64,000 nt of DNA from Vitrella brassicaformis CCMP3155 (taxonomy: Eukaryota > Protista > Chromerida). The stretch lies in contig CDMY01000480.1 in the NCBI GenBank assembly GCA_001179505.1, positions 4,411 to 68,410 of the forward strand, given 5' to 3'. This document shows positions 49,931 to 61,176 of this stretch, one piece after another (positions within the stretch are counted from its first letter, which is position 1; each line of letters opens with the position of its first letter). The position numbers and the translations under genes were made by a program. The notes below the pieces were generated by a model. That model saw nothing but the letters and a program-made list of their open reading frames with translations, was not told where the DNA came from and searched no databases.

Positions 49931-52427
49931 ATGATGGCTGCCATGTTCGAAAGCCCCTCGCCAGCCGTCCCACTCCACAACGTGCTCGAGTATGAGTCAC
50001 GCCGGCATGACGATGACGACGAGGTATCAAGATGTTAAGAAGAGCAGCAACGAGGCCACAGCTTACTGTGGTTTGCCACGGTTTTGTCGTGATTGCAGGC
50101 AGAACAACCTGCCACTGCCGCTACAGCAGCATTGAGCCATCATGCAGCCCTGCAGGCCAGCACCGGAGGCAACACACCAACAGCACCGCGCTCTACGCCT
50201 CCAAGCGCTGAGTCGTCTCATGCTGCTGCTACTTCTGCTGCGCCTGCCTCAACCACAGCCCCTGATGCCCCTGCTGTAGCCCCTGAGCCTTGTCATGCTG
50301 CCTCAACCACAGCCCCTGCTGCTGGTGGGGAGACCAGCAGCAACGTAGCTGCAGCTGGAGAGGCCAACAACGCACCGGAGAGAGCGCCTCTGCTGGTATG
50401 TCTTTATCCATCTTGATATGGTGACACAGCCGACGTTTCTTTCTGTCTGTCTTTCAGCCTGATTTGGTCATCAACGTCCTCGCCTATCTGCCCTTCCCCT
50501 CGCTCGTCCTGGCCCGCCTCCCTCCCTCCGTGCTGGAACAAGTGTGCAAGCTGCACACGCGTCTGATCATCGACGCATCGACGCACGAAGGCGTGGAGGC
50601 CTGGGGCAGAATGCTGCCGCAGCGCGCGAGACAGCTGGGACAGCTTGCCATCAACGTCTCCACCATCATGATGCGGCACCCTGGCTTCTTTCCGGAATGG
50701 GGCCTCGCCGCTCTGGTGGCTTTCGTTGGTGGCCAAGCGGCAGGACGGGCAGAGGCAGCGGCACAAGAGGGGTCGGGAATCCAAGGAGCATCGCTCAAAG
50801 CCGTCTCGTTCGAGGGGGTGCCCTTGCCAGTACGGCCGGGACCATTTAGAGCACCCCCCGTCGCTCCCGTCCCCTCTGCCGGCGCCCGCACGCGCCTTGA
50901 AGCCCTCACATCGATTTCAGGCCTGCTACAAGCCCACCATCCTCTGGCCGACAGATGGCTGATGCCGTCTTTGATCGACGTGAGCGGCCCTGGGTGTGAT
51001 GGGGAGATGACGAGCGCCTTTCTCCGATTGTCAACCACAATTACGAGAATTGGCTCGTCATCCACACCCACAGAAAAGGCAGAGCTGCTCGAGCGCCTGC
51101 CTTTGGCCACGAGAGAGGGGGACAGGCTGGTGGCACCTCTAAGCCATCTCGAGACGATCGGCACTTTGCGTGTCTCTCGAGATGCTGTCCAGATGCGCCA
51201 GGAATTCGACCGGCTAGAGGTATGAAAGGAGAAAGTGCACCTTTCCCTGTCTTTTTGCATGCAGCGCTTTTTTCCTTCCTTTCAGACCGTCATGCTGGCA
51301 CGCAACTGTCCTCGCTCGTCAATCAAGGTCACTATCGACTTCGACATCGACGCTTTCGAGGGAGTCGACGGCTCCTTTCTGCCCCTTCTCGCCGCCATCC
51401 AGGCGTTCTTCCGCACCTTCGCTGCCGGCCCCACCATCTCCATCGCCAACGAGCGCTTCTCTTTCAATCTTGACGTGCTCATCTACCTTCCCGCAAGCAC
51501 GTCAACGTTTGTGAGAGACAGCCTCGTCAAGCTCGGGAATGAAGCCACGGACGTCCTGTGGAAGTTGAGAGCGCAGCATCTGCATGACGCGCAAGATGCG
51601 CACTCTCTCTTCCGTGAGCCGTCCCCAGCTGCGACCGACGTCTCCAGGCGGCTGACGTTTCCCAGGGCGGCCAAGTTCTGCCTTGAGGACGCAAATGGCT
51701 TCTTCCCCGACCCTCCCCTCCCCGAGGTGATGCCGGCCATTCTCAACTACCTGCCACTGTCGATCGGCGCCGACAGCTCCCACCTTGTCATCGACAGTAG
51801 CGCGGGGTGCGAAGTGGGGCGGCAGCTTACAGGCTGCATGACCGGCATCAATGAACTGAGTGTCTGGAAGGCCGTCGACGTGCACTTCGTGCACTCGATC
51901 CTGCTGGCCATTGGGGGAGGGATGGCGATGGAGAAGGTGTATTTCTCGGTGATTCGGGGCAGCGGTGGCCTGTGGCTGGGTGCAGATATCTATCCCTCAA
52001 TCAAGGACCTGAATGTGTGCATAGGTATCTGAATGAAAATGCAAATTAACGGAACACACCTCACTTACTTCCACCTGTGTATCTGTTGTGTGTGCAGAAT
52101 CTGCCAGCGACATACCCAGCCTCCTGGAAGTCAGAGGTCTGGAGACCGTCAGCTTTCGAGCGATGCGTCCAGACCTCATGGCAAGGGCGGGGCTGCACCA
52201 GCTGAGAGATCATGGGCGGACGTATGAAGGCTTCACGGTTGCATGGCACTTGAACAAAGTGACGCTATCAAAAGCTGCGGGTAAGCGAAGTGGGAAGGAT
52301 GGTTTGGTTCAAGTGTGATTGCTGAAATGTGTGCCTTTGCTTGTGTTGCGTGTCAGGTCGAGGTGGTCGAGGGCGCGGAAGCGGTGGATGGAGAGGGCGG
52401 GGAAGAGGGAGGGGCAGGGGCCGGTGA
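49931..52427 (+). CDS. Lineage-expanded-type hypothetical protein (Ala/Pro-rich N-terminus, F-box-like segment, degenerate LRR-like body, RG-rich tail)
   Basis: Six exons splice in frame. LL|PDLVINVLAYLPFPSLV is F-box-like. The last exon 52357-52427 encodes GRGGRGRGSGGWRGRGRGRGRGR*. Confidence 0.62.
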
Positions 52428-52707
52428 GGGCTGACTAAGAGACCTTGCTTTCTTTGCTTGTTTTGCTCGGTTTTGGGCTGATGTCTCTTTTTTCCGTCTT
52501 TTTCCGTGACGCATCAAACGATGCTCACAGTGAGTGCCACCTGGGGGTGACCTTAATGTTGGAGAGGGCTTGTCATTCGAAAGTGCGCACTTGTATGAAT
52601 GCGTGTCGCTTTGTCTACTCACACTGAGCACCATTCTCACTCAGCAGCTCATTCATACACACGCTTGCCCACGCATTGCTTTGTCCGTCAGTTGTGCATA
52701 GTTCCGT

Positions 52708-53338
52708 TCACTGCAGGTGCACTGTGACGTCGTCGACGCCCCACGAGACGATGTCGGCATTGGACTCAGTCAGCGTCGAACCAAACACCTGCACACACAC
52801 ACATACGCACACACACGGCTGCATTCAGTGTTGTGCTGGTGTGTCTGTGTCTCGTGTGGTGCTGACGAGGTTGAGTGTTGGTGTGGAGTGCGGGATGGTG
52901 ACGTCGACAAGGACCCTGAGCCGGTCGGGCTGACTGGCGCCGCACACGTTCACGCCGAATTCGCGGCAAGTCAAAGTGGTCATGGTGGGGCACTGCATGA
53001 ATCCACAGTCATCCCTCTCTCTCTCTCTCCCAGTGACTGACCAAGTTGTGTGAGCGTGCCCACACGATCTTGTTGCCGGCCTTCAGGTACACACTCTCGC
53101 CCGTCCACCTGCACACACACACCAGTGCAGTGCACACGTCCATTTGTCGTGTGGTATGGGTGGCTGTTTGCTCTCACCTGTCGAAGTAGTGTATGCGTGC
53201 AGTGACTTTGACGTGTCTGTGCGGCGGGAGCTTCTTGTACAGCCGCGACACGCTGCCCCGCACCAGTTTGCCGAGGAAGACATCCGTCGAGTAGCCGCAC
53301 GTCGACCGGTCAGCCCGATCCCACTGATTCACACCATC
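52708..53338 (-). CDS. Beta-sandwich/jelly-roll-like domain protein (last four exons; 5' exons unresolved, possibly to ~53860)
   Basis: Spliced: DGVNQWDRADRSTCGYSTDVFLG...KKLPPHRHVKVTARIHYFDR|WTGESVYLKAGNKIVWARSHN...|CPTMTTLTCREFGVNVCGASQPDRLRVLVDVTIPHSTPTLNL|VFGSTL...SWGVDDVTVHLQ*. It is beta-strand rich, with DxWxGE and SWGVDDV motifs I recall from ciliate and apicomplexan proteins. Confidence 0.7.
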
Positions 53339-54290
53339 CTACACACGAACCAACACAGTCGATTGCCAAGTGGCGCTGTGTGTGTCATGCTTGCCATAGA
53401 GTCGACGAGTGAGAAAATTGCGAAGGGCGTGTTGCGGCCACCTTGACGCTCGCGGCAATCGTCGTGGCCACGTCGCTCACAGTGAACACAACGATGTCCT
53501 GGCCCTCTCTCGCTGAGCACCCGAACACATTAACTGCTCGGCGGAGCAGCAGCTCACTGTTCTCGCTGAGCAGCTCGAGAGGCGCCAATGACGGACTCGC
53601 GTCACTCACAAACTCTGCACGCACGAATGACACAACCACACTTGCGAGGCTTGTGTCGGTCTCTGTGTGTCTCGCTTACCCATCGGGCGATGGTGCCTGC
53701 GTCACGAGCTCAACAACAGACACTCTCACCCGACAAATCCTCACATTGTACGCGCCTCAGAGTCCGCAAACTGAGTGTGGGAATCTGCTCACAGTGAACA
53801 AAGTGCTTAATGTAGTGATCAGTACTTACCCAACTCACCCACCAGGTCTCCTCATCGCGTCCGGGCAATGAGTCCAATCACTCTCGACGCCCGATCGAGG
53901 AGGCGCGCACGCGAGAAGAAAAAACGACGAATGCTCGGCGAAAGGGCCTTTGGACTCTCTCTGGCTGTGTTCTCTGTTATTTGCAGGCCTGATCTAGTTC
54001 GCCAAAGGCGAGGATCTCTGCGGCTGTTGCGGTGCGAACACTGCCGGTGCCGCCACGCGCCCCCTTGCCGAACGAAGCGCCAACTGTGTGTGTGGGACGC
54101 TGCAGAGGCAAGCAAATGAGGCTTTCGTTCACTGTGAGCTGGCGCGGCATCAAGATCGGAATGGCTTTGTTTTCCAGGAGATGGGGGAGTTCCAAAATGA
54201 AGGCTTCTTCTTATTCCCCCGGCGAAGGCAGCATGCCGCCGTGCATCTGTTCCCGTGCCTCTCCTCCCTGGGCACGACCAGAACACGAAG

Positions 54291-55482
54291 ATGCCGCAGC
54301 AGCAGCAGTCGGCTTTCCCTCACGATTGGACCCGCAGCATCGACAAAATTCCGGAGGTGGTAGAAGAGGGCTTCAAGATGCACGGCGACGAGGGCTTCCT
54401 GTCGATTGCCGCGGCTACGTATGCCACTCTCTTCCCCAGCCTCAGCGACGAAAGCGCTCGGATCTACAAGCACCCGTTCCCCTTCTTCGGGTTCGAACCC
54501 ATAGGGAGCGCGCAGCGAGACCACACCAGCCGTGCCAACGTATCACTGCCAGGTCACCAGGCAGGGGCATGATGAACGCACTGACGATATCTAATGATTT
54601 GTCCCTGTCTGTTTCCCTCAGGCATGAAGGGCTACCAGCACATCGAGCGACCCCACACCCACAACGAACACATCGCGTGCTACTGCCTTGCCGGCGGCTA
54701 CACGCACCCTATCTACACGGCCAAAAGGGGGGACGTCACCATCGGCGCGGACCTCCTGGTGCCGGCCAACGCGCCGCAGGGCGTCGCCGGCTCCATCCAG
54801 CGATCGCGGCTGTTCAGCAAGCATCATCACAAACTGATGGGGGACGCCATGCTGTCGGCGGTCATGGAGTGGCAGTATGGCCGCGGTGGGTTCCCACTCT
54901 ACTACCTCGACAAAGACGTGATCCACAAGCCGTGCAACTATGGTGAGGCGGGGGAATGTGTGTGTGGATCATTCGTATGTATGGATCTCTCCTTGTGTGT
55001 GCAGACCCTGAGTTGATTTCGGTGTTAGTACAAGGCAAGTCGGACAGCACTCGTGCTACAGACCAGTTCGACCCGGACAAAAAATGGCTTGAGCTGGTGA
55101 GTGACACAACAAGGTCATGATGGCGGCATCTCTCGACCTTGTTTGCCGCTGCAGGAGAGAAGAGAAGCGACGCCTGAGGAAAAGAAGCAAGCGCGAGACC
55201 GCTTGCGCGAGGCAGAGACCAACAGCAAGACGGACCTCGAGCTCATCGGGGGCGACTGGAGGGTGAGACTGGAACTGCCCCCCGAGGAGGCCGCCGAGTA
55301 CGTCATCGAACTATGGGGAAAGTACCTAGAGAGGTGCGCCGCCCCACAGGCATACAGACGTGTGACGTCTTACCTCTGTGCGCGTCAGGTTCCCCATGAA
55401 GTCTCTCGCGAGTGACGGCATCGTCCAAGTGTGGTGCCCCCCTGGAAGAGAGACATCGATCAACGTGCCGACCAAGCTCTAA
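54291..55482 (+). CDS. Hypothetical multi-exon protein (start uncertain, may begin ~54000)
   Basis: Exons join in frame: MPQQQQSAFPHDW...NVSLP|GMKGYQHIERPH...KPCNY|...KKWLEL|ERREATPEE...KYLE|RFPMKSLASDGIVQVWCPPGRETSINVPTKL* (TAA 55480-55482). Confidence 0.6.
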
Positions 55483-56290
55483 CAACACACACACACACAC
55501 ACATGACTTTTTTGCGTCTTCTGCTGGGTGCACGAGGGTGACTCACATTCATGCATACACTCATGTACGGCTGAGTCGGTTGCTCGCATCCATTCCATTG
55601 CATTCGTACACACGTTGCGTGCGTGGACGGCATAGCATCCATGCATTCATACGCGGCTATATGGCTGCCTGCTGGCCTGTCATGAATGTGCCTGCCTTCT
55701 TTTCTACATGCTCACATCAAACCATGCAGTTCAAGGTGGGAGCATCGCACTTTTTTGTGTCCCCATCGATCCATGGCATGGTATCAGAGAGCATCAGCAC
55801 AGTCACCTGAGAGAGCATCAGTACACGTGAGTATTGGTGGCTGTGGAGGGGGTTCATGTGGTGTGCTGCGAGCATGTATCCATGGATTGAGTGAATATCG
55901 TGCTGTGCATGGTGGGGAGGGGTGGGCCGCTAGCTCTCTAAGCCTCTCTTCTTCTCTTAAACTAGCCTCTTGCTCTGCCTTGTCTCTCTCAGAGGTACTG
56001 AAGCCCTTGTATCGCTTTCAGTCCTCTCATTCACACGTTGATGGATTTTTCCATGTCTAAGTGCGTTGGTGCGCGCAGTGGTCTTTTCTCAATGAGTAGA
56101 CGAATGGGATGGACAATCGAACCAAACGAGTCACATCTCTTAAAGTCGACCGACCATCACACAGGTACAATGTCAAACACGCCAGTCTACTGCCACGCAT
56201 CGGCAGACAAGACGTCAACCAGACACAAATGCAGCATTACTACGACCGTTAAAAAACACTACATTCCATACGTCGTATAATACGGAGAGC

Positions 56291-57086
56291 TCACGAAGAG
56301 CTCTGGCGTCTAGAGCTGGCCTCTCGCTTGTACGCTTCCTCTATAAAGTCGAACACCGTTGGGGGTTGCCGGCTAGTCTTCAGTCTTCCGACTGAGTCGT
56401 GGATGAAGCGGCACCTTGAGCCCTGGTTGCAGAAGCCTTCCCTGTGGAATTTACACAGCCTGTCGATCTTCTTCGTCCGGTCTTGAAGCTCCTGCGACCA
56501 GCCCAGGCAGGAACCGATGAAGCAGAATGTATGTATATTCATTGCCACACGCACCTGCTCTCCGTGAGCGAACCAGCAGCGACGTCCCATACTGCATTCG
56601 CCCGTCTCCATGAAAGAGGGGCACAACCTGACCTTGATCACTGAACAGGCAGACAAACAGACAGACAGACAGACAGACATGCACGGTGGAGAGCGGTGGA
56701 TAGGTGCGTGAGTGCGTGTACGTACAGCGAGTAAGAGGTCGCAGCTCGTCCTCTCCGTGCGCAAAGGAACAATCATCTCCGTGTGGGCAGCGGTGCCGTA
56801 GGGTCCAATACCTGATAGACACGGCGAATCATAGGGCACAGCGTCCACTGCCTGCCCGGCGTGCTCGTCCTTACTTGCAGAGCGCAGTCGGTGTGATACG
56901 GATGACTGTGCGGGCGCTGTCGGTGTCGCCGTTGCTATCGTCAGGTGACAGCTCCTCGCGGCTGCTCTCGTCCTGACACACACAGGCACAGAGGCATGTC
57001 TACTGATCGACACTCGTTTGCGCACGAGTACATCGTATAGGGTCATGAGCACACATACTGCGTACAGGCCTCTCTGCACAAAGCAT
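56291..57086 (-). CDS. Triple CCCH zinc-finger RNA-binding protein (TIS11/ZFP36-like fingers); may be fused to the upstream exons at 57336-58026
   Basis: TALCK|YWTLRHRCPHGDDCSFAHGEDELRP, VRLCPSFMETGECSMGRRCWFAHGEQ|ELQ and DRLCKFHREGFCNQGSRCRFIHD, with C-x7/8-C-x5-C-x3-H spacing. Confidence 0.88.
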
Positions 57087-57335
57087 CTTCTGCCCACCGC
57101 CGATGGCATGGAGGCCCTGTGGTCTCTCTCAGTAGTCCTCGGTATCTTAAATGCGCCGCCCCCTCGCTCAGTCAACCTGTCGTCTGAAAACGAAATCTGA
57201 CGAAGCAAGGAAGAGCAGGCAACACCCATGATAATGCGATGTTCCTGCCTGTCTGCCCGTGTCGGCTCTTACGTCTGTCGTGTTGCGAACTGATGAGTAC
57301 TGCGATGGCTGAGACTGACGGGCTGGACCACTCAC

Positions 57336-58026
57336 GTTGGGGCCAAATTGCACGGGAGCACTGACAACACACAAGGACAACAGACAACGAACGGGTGTAT
57401 TTGGTTGCTTTGCGGGTGCCCTTTTCCCGCCGTGTAACACACGTGCAGAGGAGCTCCGTGACGCCCGCCGAAACCACCCTCCAGATCGATCGCCGCGTCT
57501 CTGTCGGGATGCGAGGCGATGCAGTCGACGAGAAGCACTCAGCGGACCCAGCAAGTGCATCTCCCAGCCCGACCCTCTTTTCCACGCCCGTCACGATGCC
57601 GTAGAGCTTGCCGCAGGCGTCCTTTGTGGCCTGGAATTTGTCATCAAGCGTCGCAATCTTGGGCTTCATCCTGTCGAGCAGGTCGGTCATCTCGGTGCCG
57701 CCCCATGCCAGGATGTCGGTCTTCCTCTCGTTGATGGCGGTCCGGTTGTCGTGTATGGCCTTCATGATGGTGGACAGGTGATGCTGAATGCCTTCGAAGA
57801 CGAGCTGCTCGTGTGGGGGCCCGCTGCTGCTGTGCGCTCGGAGCGACACCATCAGACCGGACAGGCCGAGAAGCTCCACCAAGATGTCCTCGTCAGATGC
57901 ACTCTGCATACATGCGCAGCCCAGAGAGTAGCTACGAACGGTACGGGACCCTGTTCGCTCCATCGTGACCTTTCTCTTTCGATCGTGTTCGATCGTGTCA
58001 TGCTCCCCTCCATCGGGCGCACACAC
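57336..58026 (-). CDS. Tandem paralog B: unknown alpha-helical domain
   Basis: Exon SASDEDILVELLGLSG...IMKAIHDNRTAINERKTDILAWG...ELLCT is collinear with paralog A, with splice sites at the same positions and an upstream exon ending RKRK. Confidence 0.6.
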
Positions 58027-58096
58027 GGCTCCCGATGCGCCACTGACACGGAAGCGAGAAACATATCCCCGTCATTGAGTCGTGAGTCACAAGTGC

Positions 58097-59500
58097 CTAC
58101 CCTCCTTGCTGCACGGCCATTTCCTCGTCGGCTGCTGCCGGACCAGCGGGCGGGCCGGGCGGGAGGAACTGTGGTGGCTGCAGCTGGCCTGTTGCGCTGC
58201 CTCTGCGAGCGCGTGTGATGCCCTTCTCGGCCGCAAAGTCTCGCTGACGGCACTCCTCCACGAACACCTTGTTGCTGGGGTCTTCGTCGTCTTCCAAGGC
58301 ACCGTCGGGAGGCGCATTGGCCTGAGATGGAGGACAGAAACGGGGCAATGCGCTTGTGGAATCATCCTCTTGTGCTTCAATCGATCCAGCAGCAGCACCA
58401 CCACCACCAGCAGCAGCAGCGGCAGCAGCAAGAGGGGGCGACGGAGCATCAAACAATGGAGGGGCTTCAATAGCTGCACACACAAAACACATGTCTGACT
58501 GTGGCAAGTGACATGTAGCCTCACCGTTGGAATCCTCTCTTGGAATCCTCTCTTGCGTTGGGAGCTGCCAATCCGTCTTGTGGTGTGTGAGCAGGTCGCT
58601 CTCCATCGCCCTCATCCATCATACGATCTGCACAGCATAACATTGAACACTTCTTCTCCGTCGCTCGCAGCCGCAACAATGATGCAGCTCACAGACGGCT
58701 TCGTGTGTGGCTTACCACCGCGGTTGTCGCCTCGAGGAGGCTCATTTCCACCACCAGCTGATTCAACAGACGGCCTAGCAGCCCTGGTAAGAGAACTGAC
58801 AGCAGACAGCACAAATGGGTGCACTTCGCGGCCTATCATGCGTTGCCTTGTGAGTGTAATGCATACGTGCAGAAGACGTCCGCGACGCCCGCAGCCACCT
58901 CCTCCCAGATTGGCTGCTGCACCTTTGTGGGGATGGGGTGTGATGCGGTCGAGGAAAAACACAGAGCGAACTCGTCCAGTGCGTCCCCAAGCTTGCGCCC
59001 TCTGGGGTCGGGCGAGATACTCTGACACAGGTTGTCGTAGGCGTCTTTTGTAGCCTTGTACTTGTCGCCAAGGTGGTCGATCTGATCCTGCATCCAGTTG
59101 AGGAGGTCCATGATCATGTCGTGGCCCCACGCCAGGATGTCGGTCTTCCTCTCGTTGATGGCGGTCCGGTTGTCGTGTATGGCCTTCATGATGGTGGGCA
59201 GGTGATGCTGAATGGCCTGGAAGACGAGCTGCTCGCGTGGGGGCCCGCTGCTGCTGTGCACTCGGAGTGTCTCTGTCACACCAGACAGGCCGAGAAGCTC
59301 CACCAAGATCTCCTTGTCAGATGCGCTCTGCATACACGCGCAAGAAGCAACAGTCATACAGCAAAAGGCGAAAAGCAGTACATGACCGTACCTTTCGTTT
59401 CCGATCGTTTCCGTCCCCTCTGTTTGTCCACGCCTCCCGACGTACCACTGACAGACAGGGGAAAACCAGACGCAAAAAGATGGTCACACCTGTCTCCCGA
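58097..59500 (-). CDS. Tandem paralog A: same helical domain plus a low-complexity C-terminus
   Basis: Exon SASDKEILVELLGLSG...IMKAIHDNRTAINERKTDILAWG...DVFCT, followed by exons ending ...EEMAVQQGG* at 58097. Start uncertain. Confidence 0.6.
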
Positions 59501-59519
59501 TCATGGATGAGGAGCCTCA

Positions 59520-60974
59520 CTATTCTTGATCGTCCTCGAATGCAGCCGGACCACCATTCCGATGCAGCTCGGGGGGTCGAGTGACCTGTCTGTTTCGATT
59601 CTGGTTCTCCTCATTCTTCTCATTGTTTTCCTCTCCTCGCACGCTGTCTTGCACACCTCCCAATGCGGCCCTGACAGACACACAGACACACAGAGAAGAT
59701 GACATGTCCACGATTGTGGCGCTCGCTCGTCTTACCTGTCTGGAGTGTCGGAAACCGCTTTCTCGACTGCTGCACCGCCGTCGGCGGCCGCATGCGCGTC
59801 GGATTGCTGTTCGCCTGGTGGGTGATGGCCGAGCGGATCTGGTGTGTCTACCTGTGGTGCTGACGAGGAACCCTGAACCGTGGGAAAGCCAGCAATGATG
59901 GGTGCATCTGATCCTGTGCGCTGCATCATTGTACCTGTGCTCTAGCTTTCCGCTCTTCATATCGCTTCTTGACAGCCTTCGCCCACGTGTCACTGCCCTG
60001 ATCGCCACACACATACACACACACAAACACACACAGGAACTGAGAGGGGGCAGCCTCGCTCTTAGCTAACTCTCGCTGACCTTGAAGCCAGATACTTGAA
60101 GACGCGAAGCGATCTCCTTGCCCTCCTCCCATATGTCAGCTGGTCCGATGCTCGCCACATCCTCTTGGCCATCCATCCACTGAAAAATCTCCTCCTCAAT
60201 TGACTGAAAACGGGGCTTCCGATTCCGCATCTTGTTCCCAGGCGGCGGCGTTTCGCCTGACTCTCGCTGGTCCTTGACCGCCTTGTAGATGTCCCTGAAG
60301 CGCTCATAACCCAATCCACACTCCACTCCATATCTTCTTTTGGAAATCCCCTCTTCTTTCTGTCGATGCTCAAATTCATCGACGAGCTCCTCAGAGACCA
60401 CGTCAGCTCGCCGCCCCGAGCAGCTCTCGTGCTGGCTGCATCACTGCTCGGCGCGCCGAGTGGTGTTGGAAGCGGTGAAAGCGATGCGGCCGATGCATCG
60501 GCGAGTGGAGATTGGTGGTGGAGTGGAGGCGGGCGTCCAGCCGGCGAGGAAGGAGAGAGAGCGAGGGGGCCAGCCACAGCGGCCTGGGCGGCAAGAAGTA
60601 GGTAATGCAGCAAGACGTCTGTGGGCAACGCTGGCTGAGTGCCTTACCTTTGAGCCACGATCGGCTCCTTCGCCGCTCAACACTGCCATCAGTGATCGAA
60701 CCTGCACCACCAGGCTCACCCTCCCCACCACCCTCTCCCCCATGCTGCTGTTGCTGCTGCTGCTGCCGGTGTCGTGAGAAAGGCTCGTGGGACGCCTGCT
60801 GCTTCGCTGGCGCCCGCCCTCCCCCTCCACCTCCCCGGACACCACCCGCCGCTGGCAGCAGGAGTTGCGCAAGCGTCCCGTGAGGACCAACGATCTCGGG
60901 CTGTCCGCGTGCTGTATCAGCAGTGTGTGGAGCCGACATGATGAAGGGCCGCGAGCTGAGAGCAATACATCCAT
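59520..60974 (-). CDS. CENP-B/pogo (Tc5)-type double HTH DNA-binding protein without a DDE domain; ends uncertain
   Basis: KEEGISKRRYGVECGLGYERFRDIYK (psq-like HTH), then KMRNRKPRFQSIEEEIFQWM...IGPADIWEEGKEIASRLQVSGFK|GSDTWAKAVKKRY (Tc5/CENP-B HTH, intron 59998-60080). The downstream exons are low-complexity. Confidence 0.7.
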
Positions 60975-61176
60975 TTGGCGGAGAAGGAAGAATGGGCGGA
61001 CTACAAAATGAAGAGTCATGAGTCACAAGGAATGCCGCTTTTGCAGTGGAAGTGGATGCCTGCTTGTTGTCCTCGAGATCTGCACACACCAAGGACAGCA
61101 GAAAAGGGGCACTTTCCGCCTGCGAGCTGAGATCGCGATCCACAACAATCCCGTGTCTCGAGAAAGGAGGGAAGAA

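Noticed and set aside
12083-52427. Ubiquitin theme (UFD1, RING, F-box/ANK, F-box-like) and centriole theme (CCDC81-like, LRRC45-like, coiled coil)
   Set aside because: These are large, common gene classes interspersed with unrelated genes, with no evidence of operon-like linkage.
60395-60445. Apparent frameshift or in-frame TGA just upstream of the CENP-B HTH exon
   Set aside because: A conventional phase-0 intron (GSK|GTAAG...GCCAG|HESCSG) removes it, so recoding is not needed. cDNA is still unverified.
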